A stretch of DNA of 64,000 nt from Nitrosopumilus sp. (lineage in GTDB: Archaea > Thermoproteota > Nitrososphaeria > Nitrososphaerales > Nitrosopumilaceae), in NCBI GenBank assembly GCA_965205215.1, contig OZ242041.1, positions 1,440,001-1,504,000 of the forward strand. Direction: 5' to 3'. The stretch's first letter is position 1. The number at the start of each line of letters is the position of its first letter. Position numbers and translations under genes: made by a program. The notes below the pieces were generated by a model that made no database searches, was not told where the DNA came from, and saw nothing but the letters and a program-made list of their open reading frames with translations. Positions 34,498 to 44,799 of the stretch are shown here, piece after piece.

Positions 34498-35394
34498 GTG
34501 GATCTTCTTTCTTCTACCTCGGCGCTGGTACTGCTGTGGTCCGACGGCAGGGCGCACACGAGCGCTCCGGCCCAGAGGTTCCTCAGCATGCTGGACTTGG
34601 GCCTGGGCGAGGGCATCATGAGGGAGTGCGACCAGTTCTGGCCGCACTATCCGGAGGTGATAAAGAACAGAAAGTCATGCGTACTCGACCTCGCGCTGGA
34701 CTGCGTCGAAAACGACGGCACGCGGCAGGTGGTGATACTGGGGGCCGGCATGGACGCCCTGTCAATAGAGCTCTGTTCGCGACTCGACTGCGTGGTCTTT
34801 GACGTCGACTCTGCAGGCATGGGCCGCAAGGAGCAGCTTGCCGGCCCACTTGCGCGGGATCTGCGCGGCACCCTGAGGTGCGTCACCGCCGACGCGTCAA
34901 GGCGCGCGTCCGTGATGTCCGGACTGGCCGGGGCTGGGTGGATCCGGGACGAGCCGTCGCTGCTGGTGGTGGAGGGGCTGTCGTATTATCTGACTGCCGG
35001 GGATCTCTGGGGGCTTGCATCGGGATTCGCCACCGCGCACCGCGGCAACAGGATGATCCTGGAATATCTTCTTCCCACCTCCGACATACCCGAGGATCTC
35101 AGGCCGGTGGCGAGCCGCCCGTTTGACCTCATTGTAAAGGAGGCGTACGAGTCGGTCATACCTCTGGCCGCGTTTCCGATGCCGCACCATCCGCCCGGCC
35201 TGACGGCCGAAGACTCGCTGTGGGCCTTTACGACGCGGTACGGCCCCGGTGACATCGAGGCGCGCGCGGCCGGACTGGGTGGGGCCATTTTGTCGCGCCA
35301 CGATATGAGATCGATGGAGATGAGGAGGACCGGGAACAACGCGGTATTTGGCGAGCGGAGCGGGTGGATAGAGGTCTGCAAGATCGCCCTGTGA
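34498..35394 (+). CDS. LCM-family (leucine carboxyl/O-) SAM-dependent methyltransferase
   Basis: QVVILGAGMD, VFDVD, LLVVEGLSYYL; start at GTG 34498 behind GTTTAT. Confidence 0.85.
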   Translation: MDLLSSTSALVLLWSDGRAHTSAPAQRFLSMLDLGLGEGIMRECDQFWPHYPEVIKNRKSCVLDLALDCVENDGTRQVVILGAGMDALSIELCSRLDCVVFDVDSAGMGRKEQLAGPLARDLRGTLRCVTADASRRASVMSGLAGAGWIRDEPSLLVVEGLSYYLTAGDLWGLASGFATAHRGNRMILEYLLPTSDIPEDLRPVASRPFDLIVKEAYESVIPLAAFPMPHHPPGLTAEDSLWAFTTRYGPGDIEARAAGLGGAILSRHDMRSMEMRRTGNNAVFGERSGWIEVCKIAL

Positions 35395-35733
35395 CGCGGG
35401 GCTCCATACGCGCAACCTGTGATTTTGCGCCGCGTGTGTCGTCGGTTATGTGGGGATCTCGCGCCCTAGGGGCCGGCAGTCTATGCGACTCTTGCTTGGA
35501 TTCTTTTTCAACCGATGTGCGCGCCCTGCCGCAACCGGCATGTCACCTGCTCGATATCCGCCTTTTTCGAACCGCCACCGCGTTGCATTGCCGGTACCGT
35601 GCTGCAGGTGCGGGGGAGTGTGGGGGGGGGGGACGGACATCGTTTTGGAGGAAAATCTAGAGGCGCAAACCTGCCCAATACCACCAAACCCCCGGTCAGG
35701 CCACTTTAAATCGCCGGGCGTCCCCGTACGCGT

Positions 35734-35958
35734 GTGACCGGCCCTTTCCCCGTCAGGGATCAGATACGCAAAGGCTGCAGGGTAGGAATCGAGACAAAGG
35801 CCGATCAGGGCACCGGCCGGCTGATGGATGGGACAGTAAGGGAGATCCTGACGTCCTCAAAATTCCACCCCCATGGCATCAAAGTCAGGCTGGAAGACGG
35901 CCGCGTCGGGAGGGTCAAAGAACTGAGGACGTCTGGGATTCCCGATACAAGTGACTAA
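35734..35958 (+). CDS. YwbE (DUF2196) family protein
   Basis: K.DQ.TG.L..G.V.EILT.S..HPHGIKVRL.DG.VGRV signature. Confidence 0.9.
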   Translation: MTGPFPVRDQIRKGCRVGIETKADQGTGRLMDGTVREILTSSKFHPHGIKVRLEDGRVGRVKELRTSGIPDTSD

Positions 35959-36187
35959 TTGCCGGTCGGCACCAAAAAAAAAGGAGCAAGGAATATGTTG
36001 CAAGAGAGATTGTTGGCGTATTCTCTAGTGCCGGCAGTAAGTAGGTTCTTGGTCCTCGTGCGTTGATATGGGGCTTGGTTGTCTTGCAGAAATTACAATG
36101 CATATCTGAGGAGACTAAACCCGCTAGGGATGCCCAATAGATATGACCGAATAAAAAAGTTGGAATTGCCAGTTCTTGCCACATTGA

Positions 36188-36502
36188 CTAATACAGATCC
36201 TGCCTTGCCATGACAGAAAGAATTGGCATCGCGTCCCACCTGTACATCTCAGACACAAGGAATCCAGAACAGATATTTTTCCACTGTTGAAACAATTCCT
36301 GCGCTTCTTTTGTGCTTGCCGCAACGACTGTCATCGATGATGTTTTGTTGTCAAACGGGCCTGACAGCATTATTCTGCCCTTGGAGTGCCAGTCGTCCAC
36401 AAGCGACGTAATTCTGGATATGATGGTCGGAATCTCGTCGGCCTTTGCGTCCTGATCCATGTTGCTGACCATGACCCAAAGATGGGTCACTTCGCCACTC
36501 AT
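36188..36502 (-). CDS. YciI/dimeric alpha-beta barrel-like small protein
   Basis: KGRIMLSGPF...SSMTVV.A...EA pattern. Confidence 0.65.
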   Translation of the reverse strand: MSGEVTHLWVMVSNMDQDAKADEIPTIISRITSLVDDWHSKGRIMLSGPFDNKTSSMTVVAASTKEAQELFQQWKNICSGFLVSEMYRWDAMPILSVMARQDLY

Positions 36503-36861
36503 GTTATGTCAAATCTGTAATTGTCTTTTAAAGGTGGTGAGTGTCTTACGGTTATGTTGCGACAACATGATTTATGATTTTGGTTTATGATACTATACTT
36601 CAGCTCACGGCGCCGTATCCAGAACGCAAGATGACTTGATCAGACGTCTCCAAGTCCCGCCTGTTTGGTGCGTGGATAGTCAAAAGGCTTGGCCTTCTGG
36701 TCATACGCGCGGTACTCTGCGGCATGTAAGGTGCGCGTGCCAATACACGTGATGTCGGGGTGGCCTGTGGTGACCGGGGCGCGTTGCTGCCGGTGGTGGT
36801 GGTGGCACCGCGTGTGCGACATGACGTGATGGTGCCGGCCCGTCCGCCATCTGCCCGTCGG

Positions 36862-39246
36862 TCAGGCCCTGCCGCCGGCGCCTGCCTGCGAGCCGTCGGT
36901 CCCTCTTGCCTGCCTTCTTGACTGCCTCATGGCCGCAATCGCCCTCTCCCTTCTGGGCCTGACTATCAGTATGTATACGGACGCAACCATGTATACGCCG
37001 AGCAGAACGACCTGCCCTATCACCGTCTCAAGGGTCGGGTATATGCCGGTCATAGTGGCCATGTTGATGTCGAGGCGCGGTATTGTTCCAATCATGCTTG
37101 TGTACGGCACGATGTCGAGCACCTGCAGCTCCCTTATCGCGTTTCCCAAGAAGGCGATTGAGAGGTACGCGCCTATTCCCATCGTAAGCCCGAACAGCAC
37201 GCGCAGCGGGAGCCGCTTGCCCATCATCCTCATTACAAAGTATATGGCAAGAAGGGATCCAATGCCCAGGACGAACCCGAGCCCGACGTACATCTCCATA
37301 TACTTGGCAAAGCCGAACATCGCCTGGTAGAACAGCACCGTCTCAAAGCCCTCCCTGTACACGGTGAAGAAGGAGAGCATTACGAAGACCATCACGCTGC
37401 CCGTGGTGGTGGCCTGCCAGACCTTTGCCTTTACAAACTCCATCCATTTTTTATGCTCTATCTTGTTGAGTATCCAGAAGCTGACATAGAACAGTACGGC
37501 GGTGGCCGACAGCGCAGCAATGGCCTCTATCAGCTCGCGGCTGGCCCCCGATATCTCTATCACGTACGACGCCACAAACCACGTGGCCGCGGTCGCCCCG
37601 ATTGCGGCGACCACGCCGTAGTGTACGTAGGGTTTGAAGCGGCTGTTGCGCGACGCTTCCAGATAGGTCATTATGGCCCCCAGTATCAGGACCGCCTCCA
37701 GCCCTTCGCGGAATATTATGGCAAACGACGCGGAGAACGCAATCAGCGGGGCGACTTGTCCCGTGCCCGTCACGAGCCTTTCGGACTCGTCGAGGTTGCG
37801 GTCTATCTGCGCGACAAGCGAGCGCACCTCGTGGACGGGCGCCTCCTTCTTTATGGCGCTGCGCAGCTCGGCAAACAGGTACTCTACCTCTAGCGTAAAG
37901 TCCGGGGCTATGGGCCGTAGCGGTATCTCGACGTACTCGTAGCTGTCAAGGTATGCCGTGCGGGCGGTCGCATACGCCGACTCGTAGTCACCCGACTCGT
38001 AGAGTATGATCATGTCCTGCAGGCTGTCCCTGATAAAGTCGATCTCGGTGCGGACCTCGGACTGCTCGGACTCTGTGGTGTCTCCCATCGCCCTTAGCTC
38101 CATGCCCGTGTCTGCCAGCGCGACTCCTGACTGGGCCGCGGCTGACTGCTCACCCAGGTACTCGATGGCAATGGACTCGCCCTGGTCCAGCTTTGGCAGT
38201 ATCGTGCCGTCGAGAAGCTCCAGTATGTCCTCTGCCGGCTCTTCTTCGCGTATCATGTCGCGAAGATCCTCGCGCATCTCTATCTCGAGCGCGTACATAA
38301 ACTCGGCATCGGCGGCCTCCAGGGTGGGCTCGAGATACTCAAAGTTCTCCAGGTATGCCTCTATGGCGTACTCTTGGGCCGCATCGTAGTCGCCCTCGCC
38401 AAGGGAGGCGCGCATGTCCGCATACAGGTTGCGTATGTTCTCAAAGTATATCGCGTGGTCGCGCGCCTCTGTGGTTTCTGTCCCGAGCAGGTCGCGCTGT
38501 ATCGCGCTGACTATGGTGCCCACCGTCACAAAGCTGTCCCTTTCATCCACGGCCCTGACCAGGTCGCGAAAGAAGGACTGCTGCTCCAAGTCGAGCATGA
38601 CAGTCGTATCCGCGTCGCGCGCAAACATCTCAGAGGACTGCCTGAACAGGATCTGAGATATCATGTATGCGGCCTCGTTTTCCCGTGCGCCCTCGCCGGC
38701 CTCGAGGTACTGCTCCTCGGCGACGGTGAGCATATAGATGACTGACGCTCGTGGATCGGCCGCTCCCTGCATGTCAAACTGTTCAAGATCGTCTATCGTC
38801 TTGGATATGACGCCGGCGCTCTGCTCGGCCGGGGCGTCGCTTATGGTTGCCCCTATGTCGAGCAGCGCGACGTGCACTTCGTCAGCCGCGTCGCGGTCTA
38901 TGCTCCGGAACGATTCAAGGCCCCGGGCAAACTGTCCCGATGCAAGCTGCGCCGCATGCGCAGCCCCTTCCAAGTCCCCCGCGCCAAGCAGCTCGTGTGC
39001 GACGTCGAGTCCGGCGTCCACCGTATAAAACGCGGCGGGCGTTGGCTGCGCGACGGCTCCGATGTCGGCAACAGCCGAGTCGAGGTCCGTGGCATACACC
39101 TGTGTCCAGAAGTGGGTGGGATCCGCGGAGTCGCTGGATATGGCCGCAATAGGCGTGATAACAAGCAAAAGCGGCAGGGCCAAAAGCACAGGCGTCGGAG
39201 AGAATCGGACCGCAATCTTACGCTTGTCACGTCCTGAGCGCATCAA
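36862..39246 (-). CDS. FTR1-family high-affinity iron permease with large extracellular N-terminal region
   Basis: Two RExxE motifs (REGLE, REGFE) in a 7-TM C-terminal domain; helical acidic ectodomains with AYLENFEYLE/AYLDSYEYVE. Confidence 0.93.
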   Translation of the reverse strand: MMRSGRDKRKIAVRFSPTPVLLALPLLLVITPIAAISSDSADPTHFWTQVYATDLDSAVADIGAVAQPTPAAFYTVDAGLDVAHELLGAGDLEGAAHAAQLASGQFARGLESFRSIDRDAADEVHVALLDIGATISDAPAEQSAGVISKTIDDLEQFDMQGAADPRASVIYMLTVAEEQYLEAGEGARENEAAYMISQILFRQSSEMFARDADTTVMLDLEQQSFFRDLVRAVDERDSFVTVGTIVSAIQRDLLGTETTEARDHAIYFENIRNLYADMRASLGEGDYDAAQEYAIEAYLENFEYLEPTLEAADAEFMYALEIEMREDLRDMIREEEPAEDILELLDGTILPKLDQGESIAIEYLGEQSAAAQSGVALADTGMELRAMGDTTESEQSEVRTEIDFIRDSLQDMIILYESGDYESAYATARTAYLDSYEYVEIPLRPIAPDFTLEVEYLFAELRSAIKKEAPVHEVRSLVAQIDRNLDESERLVTGTGQVAPLIAFSASFAIIFREGLEAVLILGAIMTYLEASRNSRFKPYVHYGVVAAIGATAATWFVASYVIEISGASRELIEAIAALSATAVLFYVSFWILNKIEHKKWMEFVKAKVWQATTTGSVMVFVMLSFFTVYREGFETVLFYQAMFGFAKYMEMYVGLGFVLGIGSLLAIYFVMRMMGKRLPLRVLFGLTMGIGAYLSIAFLGNAIRELQVLDIVPYTSMIGTIPRLDINMATMTGIYPTLETVIGQVVLLGVYMVASVYILIVRPRRERAIAAMRQSRRQARGTDGSQAGAGGRA

Positions 39247-39467
39247 CGCACGCTATTCCCGTCAGATCAATTTAAACCCGAATCTCATTCTAAGACTATA
39301 GAAATTGAGACATCGCATGATTATGTAACTGTCACACCGTCGTACCGGGATTGTTCTGGGATAGTCTGGTATGGAGTGGTGGTGGTGGTGATGGGCAGCA
39401 TGTGAAGCCGTCGATGCGCTTGACCGCATACATAATCTAAAATAAAGAAATAAAGAATTTGGATGCT

Positions 39468-41249
39468 CTATACGGTTCGCGTCGGTAGTGTTGAGATGCT
39501 TGCAAAGCGGCGACTGCGCATGGAAAAGACCATCACCAGTGCAACTGCTGCTGCAAATACGACAGATGCCATGACCCCAAACTCTGGGACGACCACTGCC
39601 ACTGCCTCCATCTCTATCAGTATCGCGTCTATCTGGTCACTGACCTCTGATGCGGGAGCGCCCTGCTTTATCATGTTGCGCAGCTCTTCTCGCATCATCA
39701 CCTCGACCCTTTCCATAAGCTCCCTCTCGCCTGCCTCTATGAGCGGAGCCTCTAGAAACTCATAGTTGTTCAGGTACGCCTTTGTGACGTGGCTCAGGGC
39801 CAGATCAGAGTTGCCTGCATTGTACTCTTTGCGTGCCTCCTCAAGTAGCATGTTGATGTTGTTCACATACGTCAGAAGCGTGTCTTCCTCGCCGCCTGTT
39901 ACGCCGAGAATTTCGTTTATCTCTGCAAGCAGGTAGCTGGTGCGCTCGTCGATCTCCGACGGGTCGAGCCTGTCGTCGTACGCCTCGTTTATCTCGCCTA
40001 ACACCTCGACGAGCTCCTCGTAGCCGTCTCCGCTCAGATCATCCTCCGCCGTGCGCAGGATCTGCTCGGCCCGCCACACGAATGCGGATCCGTCCTGGAA
40101 CTCTGCCATTTCGGTTATCCTTCCGTCTGACACGGCCTCGCCGTACTCGGCAATGGACGTCTCAAGCAGGGTCGTCATGAGCATCAGCTTGAATCCGTAG
40201 TAGGAGCTGAGTTCCGCGCCGATAACGGCCATGCGGGCCTCCTCAACTGCCTCCTTTGCGTCGTCGATTGTGGACTGCGCCGCGCTCCGGCTCATCTCTG
40301 TACTTGCCTTGTCCCTTAGCTCGCCAAGCATGGTTCCGAACTTTCGGTCAAGCGCGGGATCGGCCGCGGCCAGCGTTGGTTTCATCGAGTCGTACAGTTC
40401 GGCCACCGGGTGCGTTGCATGCGTCATGGCAAGCTCTGTGTTGCCGGCGTCCAGGTTCTGCTCGAGCGCCCTGAAGTGCCCCAGCGTCTCCTCGAGTGCG
40501 GCTCCGAATTCGAGCCTTTCTGCAAGCTGCTCGTCAACTGCAACCTCGACCTGTCCGAGTACCGCGTCCGTAAGTCCGGACACCTCGGAGGGATCAAGCC
40601 TTGCGTCATACGCATCCCAGAGGCTTCCATATGACAGCTTCAGGTATCCATACGTCTCAGAGTCAAGTTCGGATTCCATGGTCTGCAGTATCTGCTGCGA
40701 GCGCCACACGAATGCGGATCCGTCCTGGAACTCTGCCATTTCGGTTATCCTTCCGTCTGACACGGCCTCGCCGTACTCGGCAATGGACGTCTCAAGCAGG
40801 GTCACCATGAGATTTAGCTTGAATGCGGGGTCGGAGCTGAGTTCCGCGCCGATAACGGCCATGCGGGCCTCCTCAACTGCCTCCTTTGCGTCGTCGATTG
40901 CGGACTGCGCCGCGCTCCGGCTCATCTCTGTACTTGCCTTGTCCCTTAGCTCGCCAAGCATGGTTCCGAACTTTCGGTCAAGCGCGGGATCGGCCGCGGC
41001 CAGCGTTGGTTTCATCGAGTCGTACAGTTCGGCCACCGGGTGCGTTGCATGCGTCATGGCAAGCTCTGTGTTGCCGGCGTCCAGGTTCTGCTCGAGCGCC
41101 CTGAAGTGCCCCAGCGTCTCCTCGAGTGCGGCTCCGAATTCGAGCTTTTCTGGCACACCAATCTCTGCGTATGCAATATTCGGGGACGCGGCGGCGAGCG
41201 CCACGGCCACTGTCAATATGGATGTCATTATTGCTGTTCTTCTAATCAT
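39468..41249 (-). CDS. PEFG-CTERM surface protein with duplicated metal-binding helical domain (partner of FTR1)
   Basis: Signal peptide; THATHP..E and EFQDG motifs twice; AYLNNYEFLE; C-terminal VPEFG + TM + RSRR; start trimmed to ATG 41249. Confidence 0.88.
   Translation of the reverse strand: MIRRTAIMTSILTVAVALAAASPNIAYAEIGVPEKLEFGAALEETLGHFRALEQNLDAGNTELAMTHATHPVAELYDSMKPTLAAADPALDRKFGTMLGELRDKASTEMSRSAAQSAIDDAKEAVEEARMAVIGAELSSDPAFKLNLMVTLLETSIAEYGEAVSDGRITEMAEFQDGSAFVWRSQQILQTMESELDSETYGYLKLSYGSLWDAYDARLDPSEVSGLTDAVLGQVEVAVDEQLAERLEFGAALEETLGHFRALEQNLDAGNTELAMTHATHPVAELYDSMKPTLAAADPALDRKFGTMLGELRDKASTEMSRSAAQSTIDDAKEAVEEARMAVIGAELSSYYGFKLMLMTTLLETSIAEYGEAVSDGRITEMAEFQDGSAFVWRAEQILRTAEDDLSGDGYEELVEVLGEINEAYDDRLDPSEIDERTSYLLAEINEILGVTGGEEDTLLTYVNNINMLLEEARKEYNAGNSDLALSHVTKAYLNNYEFLEAPLIEAGERELMERVEVMMREELRNMIKQGAPASEVSDQIDAILIEMEAVAVVVPEFGVMASVVFAAAVALVMVFSMRSRRFASISTLPTRTV
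40073..41147. repeat. intragenic direct repeat, 630-bp period
   Basis: 40204-40517 vs 40834-41147 nearly identical; 40073-40172 vs 40703-40802 identical. Confidence 0.92.
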
Positions 41250-41774
41250 TAAACCCGACACGGGATGTTTTGTTATAAACAGTCCGTATACTTTATGGGT
41301 TTGATTTAGATTTCTAGAATTGGCCTTTATCGTTGCCAATGCCAATGATCCGAGTGTGGTGGTGACAGTGACAATCATCATCATCATGATGATGGTGATG
41401 ATGATAATGATGATGGAAGTGGTAGCGGTGACTATGCGCGACATGCGGCGCGCCTGTTCATACTCTGGACGCCCTAATTACTTTTTGAATACTTATAATG
41501 AACACTGGTCGCAATGCGGTGTGCTGTCATTGTTGCCGTCATATGATCTTGCATCCACGCGCGTGTCGGATGGTGCATTCTATTTGCACTATATGCACGA
41601 GTTTGAGAATAGCCTGAATTCTGAATGTGTGACTCATCACGTTGTAAGCGTGGGTCACATCCGTCTTTTTAGCGGTGATGCCTGCCCAACCCTGACCGTG
41701 ACACATACCACCACAATTCCAATCGTGGTGGCGGGAACTATGATGGAGAATGCAGAGGCATAAATGGTGATGGC

Positions 41775-44159
41775 ATGAGCAGCAGCAGCAACCGCGGCGA
41801 CGAAGCCCACATGCACGGCGACAACGACACCGACAAAAACACGGATGGCAGTAACAGCGAGGATCTCGGCAGCGCCGCCTGCCGCCGACGCGTCCGTATT
41901 GGCATAGATGTGGGGGGCACGTTCACAAAGGCTGTCGCAATAGACTCTGCCACAGGGGACATCGTCTCGGTATCTACGGTGCCGACCACGCACGATGCCC
42001 GGCGTGGCGTGTCGGATGGAATACTTGATGCGTTTACGCGCGTGGTGCATGATTCGGACACGATGCTCGGCGACATAGATCTGGTCGCGCACAGCACCAC
42101 GCAGGCCATAAACGCTCTGCTTGAGGGCGACACGTACCCTGTCGGGATCGTGGCAATGGGCGTCGGCCCGACAAAAAAGGACGTCATTAAAAGAACCCGG
42201 CTAGATGAAGGCAGCTCAATACTTCAAAGCCATAAGGGCAGTTCAAACAAGAACCTGCACACGTACCACGAATTCCTAGACACGTCACACCTGATAACAG
42301 AGCAAGAGGTCTCAGGCGTGATAGCGCGCATGCGCGACTCGGGCGCCAAGTGCATAGTCGCCACTGAGATGTTCGGGGTAGACGATCCCGCAAACGAGGA
42401 GTTTGTCGCAGAGCAGGCGGCAGCAGCTGGACTGCCATGCACCGCGTCGCATGAGATATCGGGCACGTACGGGCTTGAGATTCGCACGCTGACTGCGGCC
42501 GTGAACGCAAGCATAATGCCAAAGACGCTTCAGGTCGCCGACTTTGTCGAGGGGGCCATGTCAGAGGCCGGCGTCACCTCCCCCCTGCTGATAATGCGCG
42601 GCGACGGGGGGGTCACCAGCATGTCGACGTTCCGCTCGAGGCCCATCCTTACGGTGCTGTCCGGCCCCGCCGCCAGCGTGGCGGGCGCGCTCTTGCACCT
42701 GCGCGTCACAAACGGGATATTCATAGAGGTGGGTGGCACCTCGACTAACATCTGCATAATAAAGGATGGCAGGCCCGAGATACGCTACGTTACTATACGC
42801 GACCACCCCACGTGCATACGCTCTATGGATGTCCGGATAGTGGGGGTGGCAGGGGGCAGCATGGTTGTGGTGCGCAAGAAGCGCGTACACCGCGTCGGGC
42901 CGAGGAGCGCCCACATTGCGGGGCTGCGATACGCATGCTATGCAGAGGACGCATCGGATATAGAGTCGGGGCAGCTTGTCATGATAAGCCCCCGGCCAAA
43001 CGACGAGCCCGAATATGCGGCAATAAGGTGCAGCGACGGCACTACCTACGCAATAACGAACACGTGCGCCGCAAATGCGCTCGGGCGCATACCGAGCGGC
43101 GATTATTCCGAGTGCGGCAGCAGCGGTGGCGGCAGCGAGGCTGCCGCAAAAGCCGCCCTGCGCAAGCTCGGTGACGCCATGGGGGTCTCGTATTCGGAGG
43201 CCGCGATGTCGGTAATCCTAACGTCCGCCCAGGAGATTACAAAGACAGTGAGCCGGGTCCTAAAAGAGTACCAGATGGAGGCCCGGACAACAAAGGTGAT
43301 AGGGGGTGGCGGAGGGGCGTCCGTGCTCGTCCCGGAGGTGGCAAAAAACATGGGCATGGCATACGAGAAGGCCCCGCATGCGGAGGTCATATCGTCAATA
43401 GGCGTTGCGTCATCCATGCTGCAGGAGGAGCTTGAGGTTGCAATGTCTGATCCGACGCCGGAGATGATATCTGCGGCCCACAAGGATGCGCGCACCGGCC
43501 TGATCAAGAAGGGAGCCGTCCCGGAGTCCGTCAGGATAGACAGCCGGCACATATCGGACAAGGGAATACTGCGCATTACGGCAATCGGCAGCGTTGCAAT
43601 GGAGGAGGCCTCTGCCGGCCTGCATGGGACGGGTGCAGGCGGGACGGGATCTGGTCGCGGCAGCAATGGCGGCGGCCAAGACGACAGGGTCGCAGCGGCG
43701 GCGCCGACTGCAGCGGCTGCGCCGTCCGGTGCCGGGGTGCTTGCCGCATTCGGCCCCGATGAGGCGCTCAAAAGGGCGTCTGAGATAATGCAGGTGGACG
43801 CCGGCCTGATAAACCTGGAGTTTGAGTCGGATCACTTCATGGCGATGGTCGGACCAGCGGCGCGGCGGCGCCTGTTTGGCAAGAATGACAGGCGGCGAGT
43901 CTTGGTGCTTGACAGATTTGGCAGGTCAAAGTTGGACGTTGCATGCGGCGTGATCTTTCACGGCGACAAGCATGCCGTAACCGAGAAGCTTGATGACTAC
44001 ATGAAGTCCAGACACTCCGGGATAGCCCCGCCCGTCCATCTGATAGACGACGTCAGAATGCTGGACTATTCCGGGCTGACATCGCCGTCTCACGTGCTGA
44101 GCGCCGTACATGACGAGCTGGCCGAGGATGCAAGAGCGGCCATAATAATAGAGACATGA
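41775..44159 (+). CDS. hydantoinase/oxoprolinase family protein
   Basis: IGIDVGGTFT, HSTT.A.NALL, R.LTAAVNASI, LSGPAASVAG, EVGGTST, GGGS. Confidence 0.9.
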   Translation: MSSSSNRGDEAHMHGDNDTDKNTDGSNSEDLGSAACRRRVRIGIDVGGTFTKAVAIDSATGDIVSVSTVPTTHDARRGVSDGILDAFTRVVHDSDTMLGDIDLVAHSTTQAINALLEGDTYPVGIVAMGVGPTKKDVIKRTRLDEGSSILQSHKGSSNKNLHTYHEFLDTSHLITEQEVSGVIARMRDSGAKCIVATEMFGVDDPANEEFVAEQAAAAGLPCTASHEISGTYGLEIRTLTAAVNASIMPKTLQVADFVEGAMSEAGVTSPLLIMRGDGGVTSMSTFRSRPILTVLSGPAASVAGALLHLRVTNGIFIEVGGTSTNICIIKDGRPEIRYVTIRDHPTCIRSMDVRIVGVAGGSMVVVRKKRVHRVGPRSAHIAGLRYACYAEDASDIESGQLVMISPRPNDEPEYAAIRCSDGTTYAITNTCAANALGRIPSGDYSECGSSGGGSEAAAKAALRKLGDAMGVSYSEAAMSVILTSAQEITKTVSRVLKEYQMEARTTKVIGGGGGASVLVPEVAKNMGMAYEKAPHAEVISSIGVASSMLQEELEVAMSDPTPEMISAAHKDARTGLIKKGAVPESVRIDSRHISDKGILRITAIGSVAMEEASAGLHGTGAGGTGSGRGSNGGGQDDRVAAAAPTAAAAPSGAGVLAAFGPDEALKRASEIMQVDAGLINLEFESDHFMAMVGPAARRRLFGKNDRRRVLVLDRFGRSKLDVACGVIFHGDKHAVTEKLDDYMKSRHSGIAPPVHLIDDVRMLDYSGLTSPSHVLSAVHDELAEDARAAIIIET

Positions 44160-44265
44160 CGAAGAGGCTCTGCCGCCCTTACGTCTGCCGCAATGCATCT
44201 GCCGCCAAGCCGGCCCCCGTTGGTCTATGCTGCGGGCGCGTTTGGGACAGAACGGCCGCGGCCGG

Positions 44266-44517
44266 TCACGTATGGCCTTTGCCGGCCTTTTTGCGTTCTT
44301 GCGTAATCTCTACCTCTACTGCCTCAAGCGGCTCGTCCACCTGGTTGCGGCGTATTGAGAGCAGCTTTGGCTTCTCAAAGTCGGCCGTGCAGTCGGGGCA
44401 CGCATACACCAGCACCCTGTGTTCGTTTGGCGCCTTTGGGTTTGAGAGGCGCGGATAATACACGAGCCTCGCCCCGCAGTCCACGCAGTATCTGTTGGCC
44501 CTCCTGGTCCTAGGCAA
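44266..44517 (-). CDS. small CxxC/CxxC zinc-finger protein
   Basis: YCVDCG...YACPDC; probable TTG start at 44517. Confidence 0.65.
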   Translation of the reverse strand: MPRTRRANRYCVDCGARLVYYPRLSNPKAPNEHRVLVYACPDCTADFEKPKLLSIRRNQVDEPLEAVEVEITQERKKAGKGHT

Positions 44518-44675
44518 CCGCGTACAGCCCCATGACACTGGATGGCCGGCCCGGTATTTACCGTATGCGGTACGGGGCCGGCGCGCAGGAGCCTGCATGG
44601 CGTGCGGGCGGGTTGCGGCAGTGGTGCGACGGCGATGCGGGCGGCAATGACGGTGGCGGGGTGAAGAAGGTGTGA

Positions 44676-44752
44676 TGGCGCCGCCCATCAGACTTGAACT
44701 GACGACCGTCCGATTAACAGTCGGATGCTCTACCACGCTGAGCTAGGGCGGC
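44676..44752 (-). tRNA. tRNA-Asn(GTT)
   Basis: Reverse complement GCCGCCCTAGCTCAGCGTGGTAGAGCA-TCCGA-CTGTTAA-TCGGA...GTTCAAGTC...CCA. Confidence 0.96.
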
Positions 44753-44799
44753 CCTTGGGTAGCGTCCGGGCATTTGTGATTTAACCCTTGCGTCCTGCA

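Noticed and set aside
41310-41460. His-rich leader peptide (HRYHFHHHYHHHHHHDDDDCHCHHH) upstream of the iron-uptake genes
   Set aside because: That minus-strand frame has an upstream stop at 41460-41458 and no ATG/GTG/TTG start; better explained as a microsatellite
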